Of a stretch of DNA of 64,000 bases, positions 28,204 to 38,109 are shown in pieces. The stretch is taken from positions 144,500 through 208,499 of the forward strand of contig CAWJKF010000008.1 in the NCBI GenBank assembly GCA_963843335.1, given 5' to 3'. Made by a program: the position numbers and the translations under genes. The notes beneath the pieces are model-generated. The model was not told the origin of the DNA, did no database searches, and saw nothing but the letters and a program-made list of their open reading frames with translations. Position 1 is the stretch's first letter, and each line of letters opens with the position of its first letter. This DNA comes from an uncultured Chloroflexia bacterium. Its GTDB lineage: Bacteria > Chloroflexota > Limnocylindria > Limnocylindrales > CSP1-4.

Positions 28204-29202
28204 ATGAGCGATCCCACAACGGCCGATCCGGTCGCTCGTCGGCAGGCGGCGCTCCTGCCGACCGCGCCCGGCGTCTATCGTTTCCGTGACGCGCAGGGTC
28301 GCGCGCTCTACATCGGCCGCGCCGTGGACCTGCGCCGCCGCGTGCTGTCGTATTGGGGAGATGCCGCCGAGGTGCGCGGCCTGCGCCGGATGGTGGCCGC
28401 GGCGACGCGCCTGGAGGCCATCGAGTGCGACAGCCCGCATGAGGCAGCATGGCTGGAGCGCAATCTCCTCGAGCGGCGCCGTCCCCGATGGAACCGGGCC
28501 ATCGGTGGCGAGGAGGTGCCGGTGTGGATCACGGTCACCCTCGATGTCCGTCGACCTGGGCTCCGGCTCGTGCACGAGCACGAGATGCCACATGGTCCGT
28601 TGCTCTTCGGACCGTACCTGGGCGGCCGCCGGGTACGCCTCGCCCTCGCGGCGCTGCACCGGGTCGCACCGCTGGCCTGGACCGGCACGGGCATCACCGG
28701 CTCGGAGCGCGCGATGGCAGGACGTCTTGGCGTCGGTCCGGCCGATGGTCCGGGGATCGGTCGTCTGCTGGTCGCGATCCTTGGGCGCGAGCCATCCGCG
28801 GTAGCGTGGGCACGCCAAGTGCTCCTCGCGCGTCGGGATGCGGCCGCCGAGCGTTTGGACTTCGAGACCGCGGCCACCGCCCGGGACGAGCTCAAGGCGC
28901 TCGCGTGGCTGACCGCACCCCAGCGAGTGACCATGCCGGACGCGGCCGATCGCGACCTGGCTGCCTGGCAGGACGGCCACCTCCTCACGTTGTCCATCCA
29001 TGCCGGTCGACTGGACGAGTGGGGCGTCAGATCGATGGGCGCAGGGCCAGCCGCCGACAGGGTCGCGCGAACACCACCCGAGTGGCGAGCGTTCACGGAA
29101 CGCGCCGTCGCCTTGGCTGCGCGTCTCGCCGCAGCCCTCGATCCGGGACTCCCCTTGCGCGCTCCTTGCCCAGGGGCGAACGACGGGCACGCCCGCCCGT
29201 AG
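28204..29202 (+). CDS. GIY-YIG nuclease with UVR motif (UvrC N-terminal / Cho-like)
   Basis: GVYRFRDAQGRALYIGRAVDLRRRVLSY (GIY-YIG), LERRRPRWN, and RLDFETAATARDELKAL (UVR-like helix). At 332 aa it lacks the UvrC C-terminal RNase H/HhH region. Confidence 0.75.
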   Translation: MSDPTTADPVARRQAALLPTAPGVYRFRDAQGRALYIGRAVDLRRRVLSYWGDAAEVRGLRRMVAAATRLEAIECDSPHEAAWLERNLLERRRPRWNRAIGGEEVPVWITVTLDVRRPGLRLVHEHEMPHGPLLFGPYLGGRRVRLALAALHRVAPLAWTGTGITGSERAMAGRLGVGPADGPGIGRLLVAILGREPSAVAWARQVLLARRDAAAERLDFETAATARDELKALAWLTAPQRVTMPDAADRDLAAWQDGHLLTLSIHAGRLDEWGVRSMGAGPAADRVARTPPEWRAFTERAVALAARLAAALDPGLPLRAPCPGANDGHARP

Positions 29203-29336
29203 TCCGTCGGACGGCGGTGCCGTCGCGGCGGTCGACCGGGACTCGTCGGGGGAGGGGGATGGCCCATGCGAGGCGTTGACCCGCCCCGCGTAGGCCGGCC
29301 ATGGTGGCCGTCCATGACCCGCACGGCGGACCGCCC

Positions 29337-30143
29337 ATGCACCAGAGCTCCCGCGTCCTCGCCCTGATCCTCGGCCTCGTGCTCGCATGCCTCACGATGA
29401 CCCCCGTCGTGTCCGCATCCGGGCCGGTCGGCGCGAGCGCTGCGTCCTCCCCCGAGGTGGTAGCTGCTGAGCAGGCAGTCATCGTCGCCATCAATGCCAA
29501 GCGCGCCAAGCGCGGATTGCGTGCCATCCGGCTCGATCCGCGGGTCGCCAGGCTGGCCCGGGCGCGGTCGCAGGACATGATCGACCGGAACTACTTCGCG
29601 CATCTGGACCCGGACGGCCGCACCATCTCCGACCTCCTCAGGCGCGCCAAGATCAAGTTCAGCCGATCGTCGGAGATCATCGCCTGGACCCAGTCCCAGG
29701 ATCTGGGGTCCGCCGCGGCCGATGTCGTCGAGATGTGGATGGGCGATTCCATCCATCGGCGCGAGGTCCTGAGCAAGACCCACAACTACTTCGGCGCGGG
29801 CGTCGCGACCAACGGTCGTAGGGTCACCTGGACCGTGGATTCCATCACCGGGCCCGATCGCACCGATCCTACGGCGCGCATCACGGGCGTCACGGGCTCG
29901 GACGGGCACTGGTCGGTGACCTGGACGGGGAGCGATCCGAGGCTCGTGACCAACACGGCAGGGCTCCGTGACTATGACCTTGCGCGTCGGCTCCCTGGTG
30001 GCATGTGGACGACGATCCGCACGCACACGACCGCCGTCCGGGCGACCACCTCAGGTCCTCCGGGGACGCAGTTCCGGGTTCGGGCCCGGGACGAGGCCGG
30101 CAATGTCGGCGCCTGGTCGAGCGTGGTCACCGCCGGCGGCTGA
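29337..30143 (+). CDS. secreted CAP (SCP/PR-1-like) domain protein with a C-terminal beta-rich (FN3-like) domain
   Basis: Signal peptide MHQSSRVLALILGLVLACLTMTPVVSASG. INAKRAKRGLRAIRLD...SQDMIDRNYFAHLDPDG...GDSIHRREVL. Confidence 0.8.
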   Translation: MHQSSRVLALILGLVLACLTMTPVVSASGPVGASAASSPEVVAAEQAVIVAINAKRAKRGLRAIRLDPRVARLARARSQDMIDRNYFAHLDPDGRTISDLLRRAKIKFSRSSEIIAWTQSQDLGSAAADVVEMWMGDSIHRREVLSKTHNYFGAGVATNGRRVTWTVDSITGPDRTDPTARITGVTGSDGHWSVTWTGSDPRLVTNTAGLRDYDLARRLPGGMWTTIRTHTTAVRATTSGPPGTQFRVRARDEAGNVGAWSSVVTAGG

Positions 30144-30169
30144 CGGGGTCGGCTGCCTGATGGGTGGCC

Positions 30170-31252
30170 TCAGCCGACGGGCCGCGGGCGCATCGTCGTG
30201 GTGAAGCGCTCCCCGCGGACCTCCGTGTAGGAGTCGAACTCCACGAGCACGCCGTCCTGCCGCGACATCCGGAAGCGGGACTCCGCGGCACCCGTCTCAG
30301 CGAGGATCGAGAGCATCCCGGAGACCTGCTCGGTCGTGCCGGGGGTCACGAACTCCTGCCAGTGATGCCCGACGAGGGTGCGACCCAGCAATGCCGTCGC
30401 CGCCTCGTTGGCCCAGACGATGAGCGCCTGGGCGTCATAGGTGACCTGCGGCAGTGTCTCATCCGTCCACCAGGCACCGTCATTCCTGGCCGCGTCGGCA
30501 GCAGCCTCGCGACGCACGGTCCAGCCGTCGGGCCCGCCGTCGACCCGGGCGTGCGGGTAGAGCCGCCGGAGGCGCAGTTCCAGGCCCTCCGGAGTCGGCT
30601 CGGGCATCCGACCGAGCGCGAGCGCCGCGTAGCGGGCGAACGCCACGTCCGTGGATGGGTAGCAGCGGTACGCGGGGGTCGACCGCGCGTCGACCGCGAC
30701 GTCACTCTCGATGCCCTCCGCCAGGCGGAAGACGGCCACGACCCCCGTGCTGTCGCCCTCGGCGCGGAGGTCGACCGCGATCGGCTCTCCCGTCACCTGG
30801 CGGAGCAGGACGGTGGCCTCGAGGGTCCCGCCAGCGGCGGCGATGGCGAACAGGTGGATGGCGTCAGCGATGGTCCCGGGCAACACGAAATCGGTGTAGT
30901 GGCGCAGCCCATGGTCGGATGGCTCGATTCCCAGCAGGCTCGCGGCGGCAGCGCTCGCATCCGTGACCCAGCCGTCGAGCGACACCCGGAGCGACGGCAG
31001 GCCATCGGCGGTCCACCATGGCGCGCTCGTCTCGGGCAGCCAGCGGCCATCGCGATAGACGTACCACGTCGGCCCTTCGCCGGAAAGGCCTCGTTCCCGG
31101 ACGACGGCGCGTGGGAACAATCGCCGAAGCCGCGCTTCGAGCTGCTCCGGACGTTCGGCGCCGGACCCTTCGAGCTGCCCCGTGACGTGGCGACGGAACG
31201 CCTCATCGGATGCCGGGATCGTCAGCAGGAACGGCTTCGGTCCGTGCGTCAT
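30170..31252 (-). CDS. stand-alone protein with two tandem (leader + PAS-like) modules
   Basis: Internal duplication LEARLRRLFPRAVV..WYVYRDGRW..WWTADGLP.. / LELRLRRLYPHARV..WTVRRE..WWTDETLP... Each is followed by a PAS-like segment (ASLLGIEPSD.. / ATALLGRTLVGHHW..). The start is uncertain (ATG 31252 or 31300). Confidence 0.7.
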   Translation of the reverse strand: MTHGPKPFLLTIPASDEAFRRHVTGQLEGSGAERPEQLEARLRRLFPRAVVRERGLSGEGPTWYVYRDGRWLPETSAPWWTADGLPSLRVSLDGWVTDASAAAASLLGIEPSDHGLRHYTDFVLPGTIADAIHLFAIAAAGGTLEATVLLRQVTGEPIAVDLRAEGDSTGVVAVFRLAEGIESDVAVDARSTPAYRCYPSTDVAFARYAALALGRMPEPTPEGLELRLRRLYPHARVDGGPDGWTVRREAAADAARNDGAWWTDETLPQVTYDAQALIVWANEAATALLGRTLVGHHWQEFVTPGTTEQVSGMLSILAETGAAESRFRMSRQDGVLVEFDSYTEVRGERFTTTMRPRPVG

Positions 31253-31668
31253 CGGCCCGCTGGCCCCGCCGCTGGTCGCCGCGCCGCTGCGGACACCCAT
31301 CGCATGGCCCGGAGTGTGGCACGACCCACGGGTGGCCTGCCCACCCGGGACGGACACCACTTCGCCATGCACTGACTCCTCGACCACGCACCGGATGATC
31401 GAACACACGGTGACATCGGTGCCGTTGCGGCGGCTCACGGTCGCGGGCTCAAGACTCTCGCAATGTCATGTCGGACGGACGACAGGAAGCCGCGAGGTGC
31501 GATGACCCGGGCAACTTCTACCTCATCATCGGCGTGATGGTGGCGCTCGCGCTCGGCACGCTCGTGATCGCCAAGCTCCGCCGCTGGATCTGACTCCCCC
31601 GGACCCTGGGCCACGAGTGCGATCGGGCTGTGCGACGCCGAGACCCGCGTCCTTCAGGCCAAGGAGGC

Positions 31669-32713
31669 CTACCTGGAAGCCGTGCGCGAGCTGGCGGACC
31701 GGGCTGGCCGCACGCGTCCCGGTGAGGGCTGGTCGACGACCCGCTGTCGTAGCGGCTGCGGGCGGGAGCGGACGTCGTCGAGCACGTCCGAGAGCTGCGC
31801 GGTCATGAGGCAGACGCTCGTGTCCGCGGCGCCGTAGTAGACCCGCGACGTACCCGTCGCGGCATCGACCACCCATCCGGTCGGGTAGACCACCTGGCTG
31901 ACGTCCCCGACCAGCTCGTAGGTCTCCCGGGGGCCGATGAGCCATTCATCGCTCCGGCGCAGCACGATGCGCGGGTCCTCGAGGTCGAGCAGCGCGAGAC
32001 CGGCGCGGTAGATGGACCCGCCGACCGTCGCGTGGACGTCGTGGTACATGATCAGCCAACCCTCGGGCGTCTCCAGCGGCGGCGGCCCAAGGCCGATCTT
32101 GTCGGCATCCCACCAGCCGCCCTCCCGCGCCGCGAGGACCAGGCTCAGGTCGCCCCAGTGCTGCAGGTCCGGCGAGTACGCGATCCAGATGTGGGCGGCG
32201 CCACGCCTCTGCACCGGACGATGGAGCAGGACCCACCGACCACCGAAACGACGCGGGAAGAGCGGCATCCTTGTCCTCGGGTGGCATGGCAGGCCCGAGC
32301 CGCCGGATCGAGCGGAAGTCGTTCGTCACCGCGAGCGACACCAGCGGCCCGCGCCGGCCGTACGCGGTGTACGCGATCACGAACTCATCGCGCTCGGGCA
32401 GCCAGGTGATGCAACGGGTCCTCGATCTCCCAGACCCCCTCTGGGTGCTCCGCCGGATCAGGCATGAAGGGCCGTCGTCGATCCGCCAGTCACCCACGCC
32501 ATCGCGGCTGCGGGCCACCGCCAGGTGTGAGATGCCACGCCGGTCCTCGACCCCGGCCAGGAGCACCCAGTCGCCGTCATGCATCGCGGCAGCTGGATTG
32601 AAGATCGTGTTCGCGGCATAGGGCAACGCCGCGGCGGTGAGGAGGGGGTTGGCCGGATGACGCGTGAAGAGCTCGCTGCCTGACATCACCTCGTCAGGCC
32701 ACCGGGGCGTCAT
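31669..32713 (-). pseudogene. GH130-family glycoside phosphorylase/hydrolase; 3 frame breaks (~32465, ~32415, ~32265)
   Basis: Segments NPLLTAAALPYAANTIFNPAAAMHDGDWVLLAGVEDRRGISHLAVARSRDG, FMPDPAEHPEGVWEIEDP, ITWLPERDEFVIAYTAY and LFPRRFGGRWVLLHRP...YYGAADT lie in alternating frames. Confidence 0.7.
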
Positions 32714-32947
32714 CGTCCGTGCACGGCCAGCGTCGGGCCGCTGCGTGGGATGCCACGGATCTGCAACGTTTGCGCATGCCGGACCGGCCGGGAGCGAAGG
32801 GCGTGCCGGCCATGCTGCACGTCCACTCGGAGGTCTCACGATGCTGTTCGCCGTCATCCGCTCTCTCCTGCTCGCCAAGCTCATCGCATGGGCCGTGCGG
32901 CGACTCGATGCGCGAGCCTCCCGATACCGGCAGCCGGGGCACCCGAG

Positions 32948-33840
32948 ATGACGTTCCGGCCTGGCGCCCGCCTGGATGCCTCCGAGGTCCAGGACGTCGG
33001 AGGTCGGGGGGTCGGAGGCATCGGCACCCGAGGGCTCGTCGTCGGCGGAGGCGGCATCGGCTCGGTCGTCCTGCTGGCGGTGCTGGTCCTGGCCGGGGGC
33101 TACCTCAATGGTGGTGGTGGCGGGGATGGCAGCGGCCTCGGCTCCCTGGTCGGACGGTCCCTCGGCGACCAGGCCGGTGGCACCGACCTGGCGGCCGAGT
33201 GCCAGACAGGCACGGACGCCAACGAGCGAGAGGATTGCCGCGTCGTCGGCTTCGTCGACAGTGTCCAGGCGTACTGGGAGACGCGTTGACCGCCTCAGGC
33301 CGTCGGTATACCCGGGCGATGACGATCCTGTTCCAGGACAGTCTGGGCACCGGTTGCGGTACCGCCGATACCTCCGTCGGTCCGTTCTACTGCCCAGTGG
33401 ACGGGAACGTCTACCTCGACGTCGGCTTCTTCGACGAGCTGCGGACCCGGTTCGGCGCCCAGGGCGGACCACTCGCCGAGGGATATGTCATCGCCCACGA
33501 GTTCGGGCACCACGTGCAGGACCTGCTCGGGGCGCTGCGATCCGGACCGGGTGGAACGGGGCTCGACAGCGATTCGGTGCGCACCGAGCTCCAGGCCGAC
33601 TGCTATGCCGGTGTCTGGGCCGCCAACGCAGTCGATACCGGCTACCTGGAGCCGCTCACGCAGACAGACGTGGCCCAGCCGCTCGATGCCGCGGTGTCGG
33701 TCGGCGACGACCGCATCCAGCAGGCAACAACGGGACGTGTCGATCCCGAGGCGTGGACCCATGGCTCGGCGGAGCAGCGGCAGGCGTCATTCGCGTCGGG
33801 GTATCAGGGGGCCGCGCCCGGAGCCTGCGCGCAGGGCTAG
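32948..33840 (+). pseudogene. YpfJ-like neutral zinc metallopeptidase; frame break at ~33281
   Basis: N-terminus with a Gly-rich TM region and CQTGTDANEREDCRVVGFVDSVQAYW, then a TGA. The next frame continues YTRAMTILFQDSLGTGCGTADTSVGPFYCPVDGNVYLD...YVIAHEFGHHVQ (HExxH). Confidence 0.75.
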
Positions 33841-34002
33841 CCTGGGCTCACCTGCCTCCTCGTCACGACGCTGCAATGCCCTTGGTGAGGGTCACGGAGT
33901 GGCCGTATCCCGGGACCGTCTACGGTGGCTGGAGCGTGACGTGGTCGCTGGCCAGTCCGCCCGAAGATGACAGCACCGCCACCTGGGAACACGGAGGCAC
34001 CC

Positions 34003-34368
34003 ATGACACACGACCACAGCGCGGGTGAGCCGCGGACCGAGACTGGCGACGCCTTCGCGGACGCCTTCGACGGTGACTCGATGGCAGGCATCGAGTCCTA
34101 TGTCCGATTGGTGCCCTCACCGGACGAGGACCGGATCACCGACCTCCCCAGGCCACGCACCATGCCGACGGCAGGCGGCACGATGTTCGACCCCCACGAT
34201 ATCGAACGTCGCGAGTACCGACTGCTGTCGCGAGCCCTGACCAACGGGGACGATGTCACCGAGCATCTGGGTGCGATGACCCTCGTCCAGCTCGTCAAGT
34301 TCCTGCGCGCAGCAGGGGTCAGCGTCCCGGGCTTCCCCGAGACACCGAGCGCGCCAGACCCGGGCTGA
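34003..34368 (+). CDS. hypothetical protein
   Basis: GGAGG 6 nt before the ATG. Acidic N-terminus, then ..REYRLLSRALTNGDDVTEHLGAMTLVQLVKFLRAAGVSVPG. Confidence 0.45.
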   Translation: MTHDHSAGEPRTETGDAFADAFDGDSMAGIESYVRLVPSPDEDRITDLPRPRTMPTAGGTMFDPHDIERREYRLLSRALTNGDDVTEHLGAMTLVQLVKFLRAAGVSVPGFPETPSAPDPG

Positions 34369-34420
34369 CGATCGGTCACGCTTCGTCTGGCCCCTCGACC
34401 GGACCGCACGTGTCCCTTGG

Positions 34421-35374
34421 TCAGGCCACCTGCTGCGCGGTTGATGAGGTCCCGCGGTCTCGGCTCTCGGCGTCGTCGAGGAACTCCCGGATCAGTCCGA
34501 TCGTGAGTTCCGGTCGTTCCCACTGCGGCAGGTCGCCCGACCCCGTCAGCCGCTCGAACCGCAGCGCTCGCCGACCATCGGCCAGCGCCTCCACGGCGTC
34601 GGGGTCGCTGAAGCGTGGATGGTCCCCGTAGAGGAGCAGGGTCGGCACCTCGAGCCGGAGGTATGCCGTCGGGGCCTCGGGCGCGTCGAGCAGCCCACAG
34701 ATGAAGGCATATGGCGCCCGGTCCGCACCCGGCTGATGCGCCGTCGCGACGGCGTAGGCGCGATAGCGCTCCGGGAGTGACGCCGGGTCCACCACGGTGC
34801 CGTCGAGGAAGCCATCGATCGTCCGCTGCCGCGTGAGCAGGCGGAACAGGGTGCTGCCGACGAAGGGGGCCCGCAGCAGCGCCTCTGCCGCCCGACGGAC
34901 GCCGATGCCCCGATGCGCGGCGGGATAACGGCCGACACCCGTGGCGCTGATCAGCACCAGCCGGCCGAAACGCTCCGGTGCTCGGCTCGCCAGGATGGCC
35001 ACGTACTGGCAGGGCAACGAGAGCGCGATCACGACGGGCGGCGCCCCATCGAGGCTGTCGAGCACCCGGTCGAGGACTCGCAGGTAGATCTCGGGTCGGT
35101 ACCGGAGATCGGGGCGCTCGGAGGCACCGAAGCCGAGCCAGTCGATGGCGACGACGTGGTGGTCGGTGGCCAGCTTCGTGAACAGGGGGGCCATCTCCAT
35201 GCTCGAGGCGGCCGCATTCAGGCTGTGCAGGAGCAGCACCGTTGGACCGCTCCCTGTGGCGTAGCGGGCGATCCGGCCGTCCGGCGTATCGAGCATCGTC
35301 GGCGCGATGCCGAACGGCGACGGAAGATCAGGTTCGTGTTCCATGCGGGCAGTCTGGCGCGCCCGACGTGTCAT
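34421..35374 (-). CDS. alpha/beta-fold hydrolase family protein with an atypical nucleophile elbow
   Basis: VLLLHSLNAAASS, AIDWLGFGASERP, PTLLLYGDHP, and LPQWERPE. The elbow reads VIALSLPCQY instead of G-x-S-x-G. Confidence 0.8.
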   Translation of the reverse strand: MTRRARQTARMEHEPDLPSPFGIAPTMLDTPDGRIARYATGSGPTVLLLHSLNAAASSMEMAPLFTKLATDHHVVAIDWLGFGASERPDLRYRPEIYLRVLDRVLDSLDGAPPVVIALSLPCQYVAILASRAPERFGRLVLISATGVGRYPAAHRGIGVRRAAEALLRAPFVGSTLFRLLTRQRTIDGFLDGTVVDPASLPERYRAYAVATAHQPGADRAPYAFICGLLDAPEAPTAYLRLEVPTLLLYGDHPRFSDPDAVEALADGRRALRFERLTGSGDLPQWERPELTIGLIREFLDDAESRDRGTSSTAQQVA

Positions 35375-35570
35375 CGCCCCGGGTGGTCGCCGCCGTTGGT
35401 ATCACAGCAGCATGCCGGTCGCGTTGACCGCGTCCCCTGGGCCCAGGTACGAAGGCCGCCAGGATGTGCCATTCGGCCCACTTGACACCGACTCGCAACC
35501 GTTCAGCATCTCTGCTGTAACCTATTGCGCAGCCGGTGCCGGTTACGCACTGTTCACAAGGAGTCTCCTG

Positions 35571-35696
35571 ATGGGCGGTCTCGTGTTGTTAGCCATCGCG
35601 GTCGTGGTGCTCGTCGTCCTGGGCGTGTCCGCTGACCGATTTGGGGTGGATAGCCGCGACTGGGTCGGTGACTCGCACCTCCGAGGCTCCCGCTGA
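35571..35696 (+). CDS. 41-aa single-TM micro-protein
   Basis: AAGGAG 8 nt before the ATG. MGGLVLLAIAVVVLVVLGVSADRFGVDSRDWVGDSHLRGSR*. Confidence 0.45.
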   Translation: MGGLVLLAIAVVVLVVLGVSADRFGVDSRDWVGDSHLRGSR

Positions 35697-35848
35697 TGTG
35701 GCAGGTCTACGCGATGCTCGCCGACGCCCGCATCCAGGAGGACCAGCGCATGGCCGATCGCGACCGGGCGGAGCACGGCGCGCCGCGACCTGCTGGCCAC
35801 CACTCCCGGACCGCCTGGCTCCACCGACTGGTCCACCAGCATATCTGA
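35696..35848 (+). CDS. 50-aa hypothetical protein, translationally coupled (TGATG) to 35571..35696
   Basis: MWQVYAMLADARIQEDQRMADRDRAEHGAPRPAGHHSRTAWLHRLVHQHI*. Its ATG overlaps the preceding stop. Confidence 0.35.
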   Translation: MWQVYAMLADARIQEDQRMADRDRAEHGAPRPAGHHSRTAWLHRLVHQHI

Positions 35849-35865
35849 CGGGCCTCCCGGGATCC

Positions 35866-37387
35866 CTACCGTCGCGGAGCGCTCGCGTCGCTGAGCGTCG
35901 TGGGCGGCCGGTCACGGCATAGCCGGTAGGTGTCGTGCCACGGTGCGATGCGTTCGAAGACCGAGCTCGCCCGGAGCACCCCGGCGTCGTCATGGCGGCG
36001 CCCGATGACCTGCATCCCCACCGGCAGCCGGCCCTCGATGAGCCCCGCGGGGATGGACGCCGCCGGATGGCCGGTGAAGTTGAGCAGGTATGTCAGGCAC
36101 CAGCCGATGAGCGGGTCCACCTCGACCCCGGCCACCATGCTCGGCCCCATGGTGTCGCCATCGGTGGCGTTGGGGACCTGGACCGCACCCACCGTGGGCG
36201 TCACGAGGAAGTCGTAGCGCTCCAGCACGCCGCTGAGCGCATCGTGGATGACGCTGCGCATCCCCTGGTCCCGGAGCGTGTCCGTGACCGACCGCTGATA
36301 TCCCGCGTCGATCCAGCGCAGGTAGCTCGGTGGGAAATCGTCGCGATCGATCGCGCAGCAGATCGATGCCGACCCGCTGGAAGCCTTCGAACGTGGCGAT
36401 GTTGAGCGGTGCGATGAGCCGGCACCAGAGGTCGCTGAGCTCCCGCTGGTCGTACGGGATCCGGATGTCGACCGGCTCCACGATGGCACCCGCGCTCTCG
36501 AACTGCCGCACCGCCCGCTCGACGACCGCGGCGATGCGCGGATCGACCGGGTAGACACCAAGGTTCGGGCTCCAGGCGATGCGCGCACCAGCCAGGTCAC
36601 CGTCCAGGGCATCGAGCATCGCCACGCGGTCGGGCAGGCTGTACGGATCGCGGACATCGGGGCCTGCGAGCGTCTGGAGCACGAGCGCGGCATCCGCCAC
36701 CGAGCGAGTGATGGGTCCCTCCGCCACGAAGGGGTCCGTGCCGGCGTATGCATTCGGGCGGATGACGACGGGCACCCGGCCGAACGAGGCCTTCATGCCG
36801 AACGTACCGCACCATGCCGCGGGGATCCGGATGGAGCCACCCGCATCGGTCCCCTCCGCGAACGGCACCAGCCCATCCGCCACGGCTGCGGCACTGCCGC
36901 CCGACGAGCCTCCGGCGTTCCTCGTCAGATCGAAGGGGTTCCTGGTCGGCCCGAAGAGCGGGTTGTCGCAGGTACCCCGGAAGCCCATGACCGGGCTGTT
37001 GGTCTTGCCCATGACGATCGCGCCGTCGCGCTCCACACGCTCCACGAACACGCAGCGAGCGTCGATGACCGTGCCTGCGAGCGCCCGGACGCCACCGAAC
37101 GTCGATGGCCAGCCGGGCTTGAAGTCGAACAGGTCCTTCATCGCGGTCGGGACGCCATGCAGCGGTCCCAGCTCCACACCGAGCATCACGTCACGCTGGG
37201 CCCGCCGGGCTCGGTCCCGCGCCTCGTCGAACCCCCGATGGACGAATGCGCCGATGTCCGGGTCGCGCTGTTCGATGCGCTCGATGGTCGCCTCGATGAC
37301 CTCGACCGGCGACAGCTGCCGGCTGCGGATGCGGTCGGCGAGCTCGGTGACCGACAGGTACGCGAGCTCGTCGGGAAGCGTGGTCAC
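35866..37387 (-). pseudogene. amidase-signature family amidase; frame break at ~36345
   Basis: GKTNSP...GGSSGGSAAAV...GTDAGGSIRIPAAWCG in ORF 35990..37387. The C-terminal part DDFPPSYLRWIDAGY...NFTGHPAASIPAG...VGMQVIGRR is in the frame of ORF 35866..36753. Confidence 0.8.
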
Positions 37388-38025
37388 CCTCGCAGTGGGA
37401 ATACCGCCACGGTGATGGGCGGGTAGTGCTCGTAGGTCTCGACCCGGCTCACGGAGCCGTCGCGGGAGACCTCGAAGCGATCCAGCGCAGCATCCGTGAT
37501 GAGCGCATAGGCGGGGCTGCCGATCTGCTCGGCGGCGCCGTTCTTGAGCAGCCGATGGGCCATCACGACTTCCGGGCCGATGAGCTCATGGCCGCCGCCG
37601 ATGGACGCGATGGCAAAGCTACCGGCGTGGACGACGAACTTGAGGTCGAGCGCATCGACCCGGGAGCACGCACCGCAGCGGCAGGTCCAGATGCGCTCGG
37701 CGCCCGCGAGCTGCTCCCGGAACGCCTCGTAGACGGTCGCGAGGCAGGCGAGGAGGGCAGCGCCGCGGGGCACCGTATCGGTCTCGTCGCAGAACAGGAA
37801 TACCGCGTCACCCTCGATCTTGGACAGCGTCATGGGCGGCACGAGCCGTCCGATGATGCCGTCGAGCAGGGTCGAGATGAGCGCGTAGGCATCCGGCACC
37901 TGGCCGTTCGCGAAGGCATCGTCCGCATGCGCCGTGCCGACGTCCTGGAGGAATCCGGTGTACCCCGAGATGTCCGCGAGCAGCAGCAGCCCGGACGTCG
38001 CTCCGGTGCGGGATGGCTGGACCAC
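37384..38025 (-). CDS. DUF2652-like protein (nucleotidyl-cyclase-like fold family)
   Basis: GGAGGAA before GTG 38025. LLLLADISGYTGFL...KIEGDAVFLF...FVVHAGSF. Its stop overlaps the amidase GTG start (GTGA). Confidence 0.75.
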   Translation of the reverse strand: MVQPSRTGATSGLLLLADISGYTGFLQDVGTAHADDAFANGQVPDAYALISTLLDGIIGRLVPPMTLSKIEGDAVFLFCDETDTVPRGAALLACLATVYEAFREQLAGAERIWTCRCGACSRVDALDLKFVVHAGSFAIASIGGGHELIGPEVVMAHRLLKNGAAEQIGSPAYALITDAALDRFEVSRDGSVSRVETYEHYPPITVAVFPLRG

Positions 38026-38109
38026 GCAGTTCCTCCAGGAAGATGCCGACGATGAGGCACGACTGTATCGCGCCCGCCACCCTGCGCGCCACCGTGGCAG
38101 ACTCCGGGC

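Noticed and set aside
27127-30026. Very long minus-strand ORFs (27127..29388, 753 aa; 28308..30026, 572 aa)
   Set aside because: Low-complexity Arg/Ala/Ser/Pro composition. They lie antisense to three plus-strand genes with clear signal peptides or motifs (secreted protein, GIY-YIG nuclease, CAP domain).
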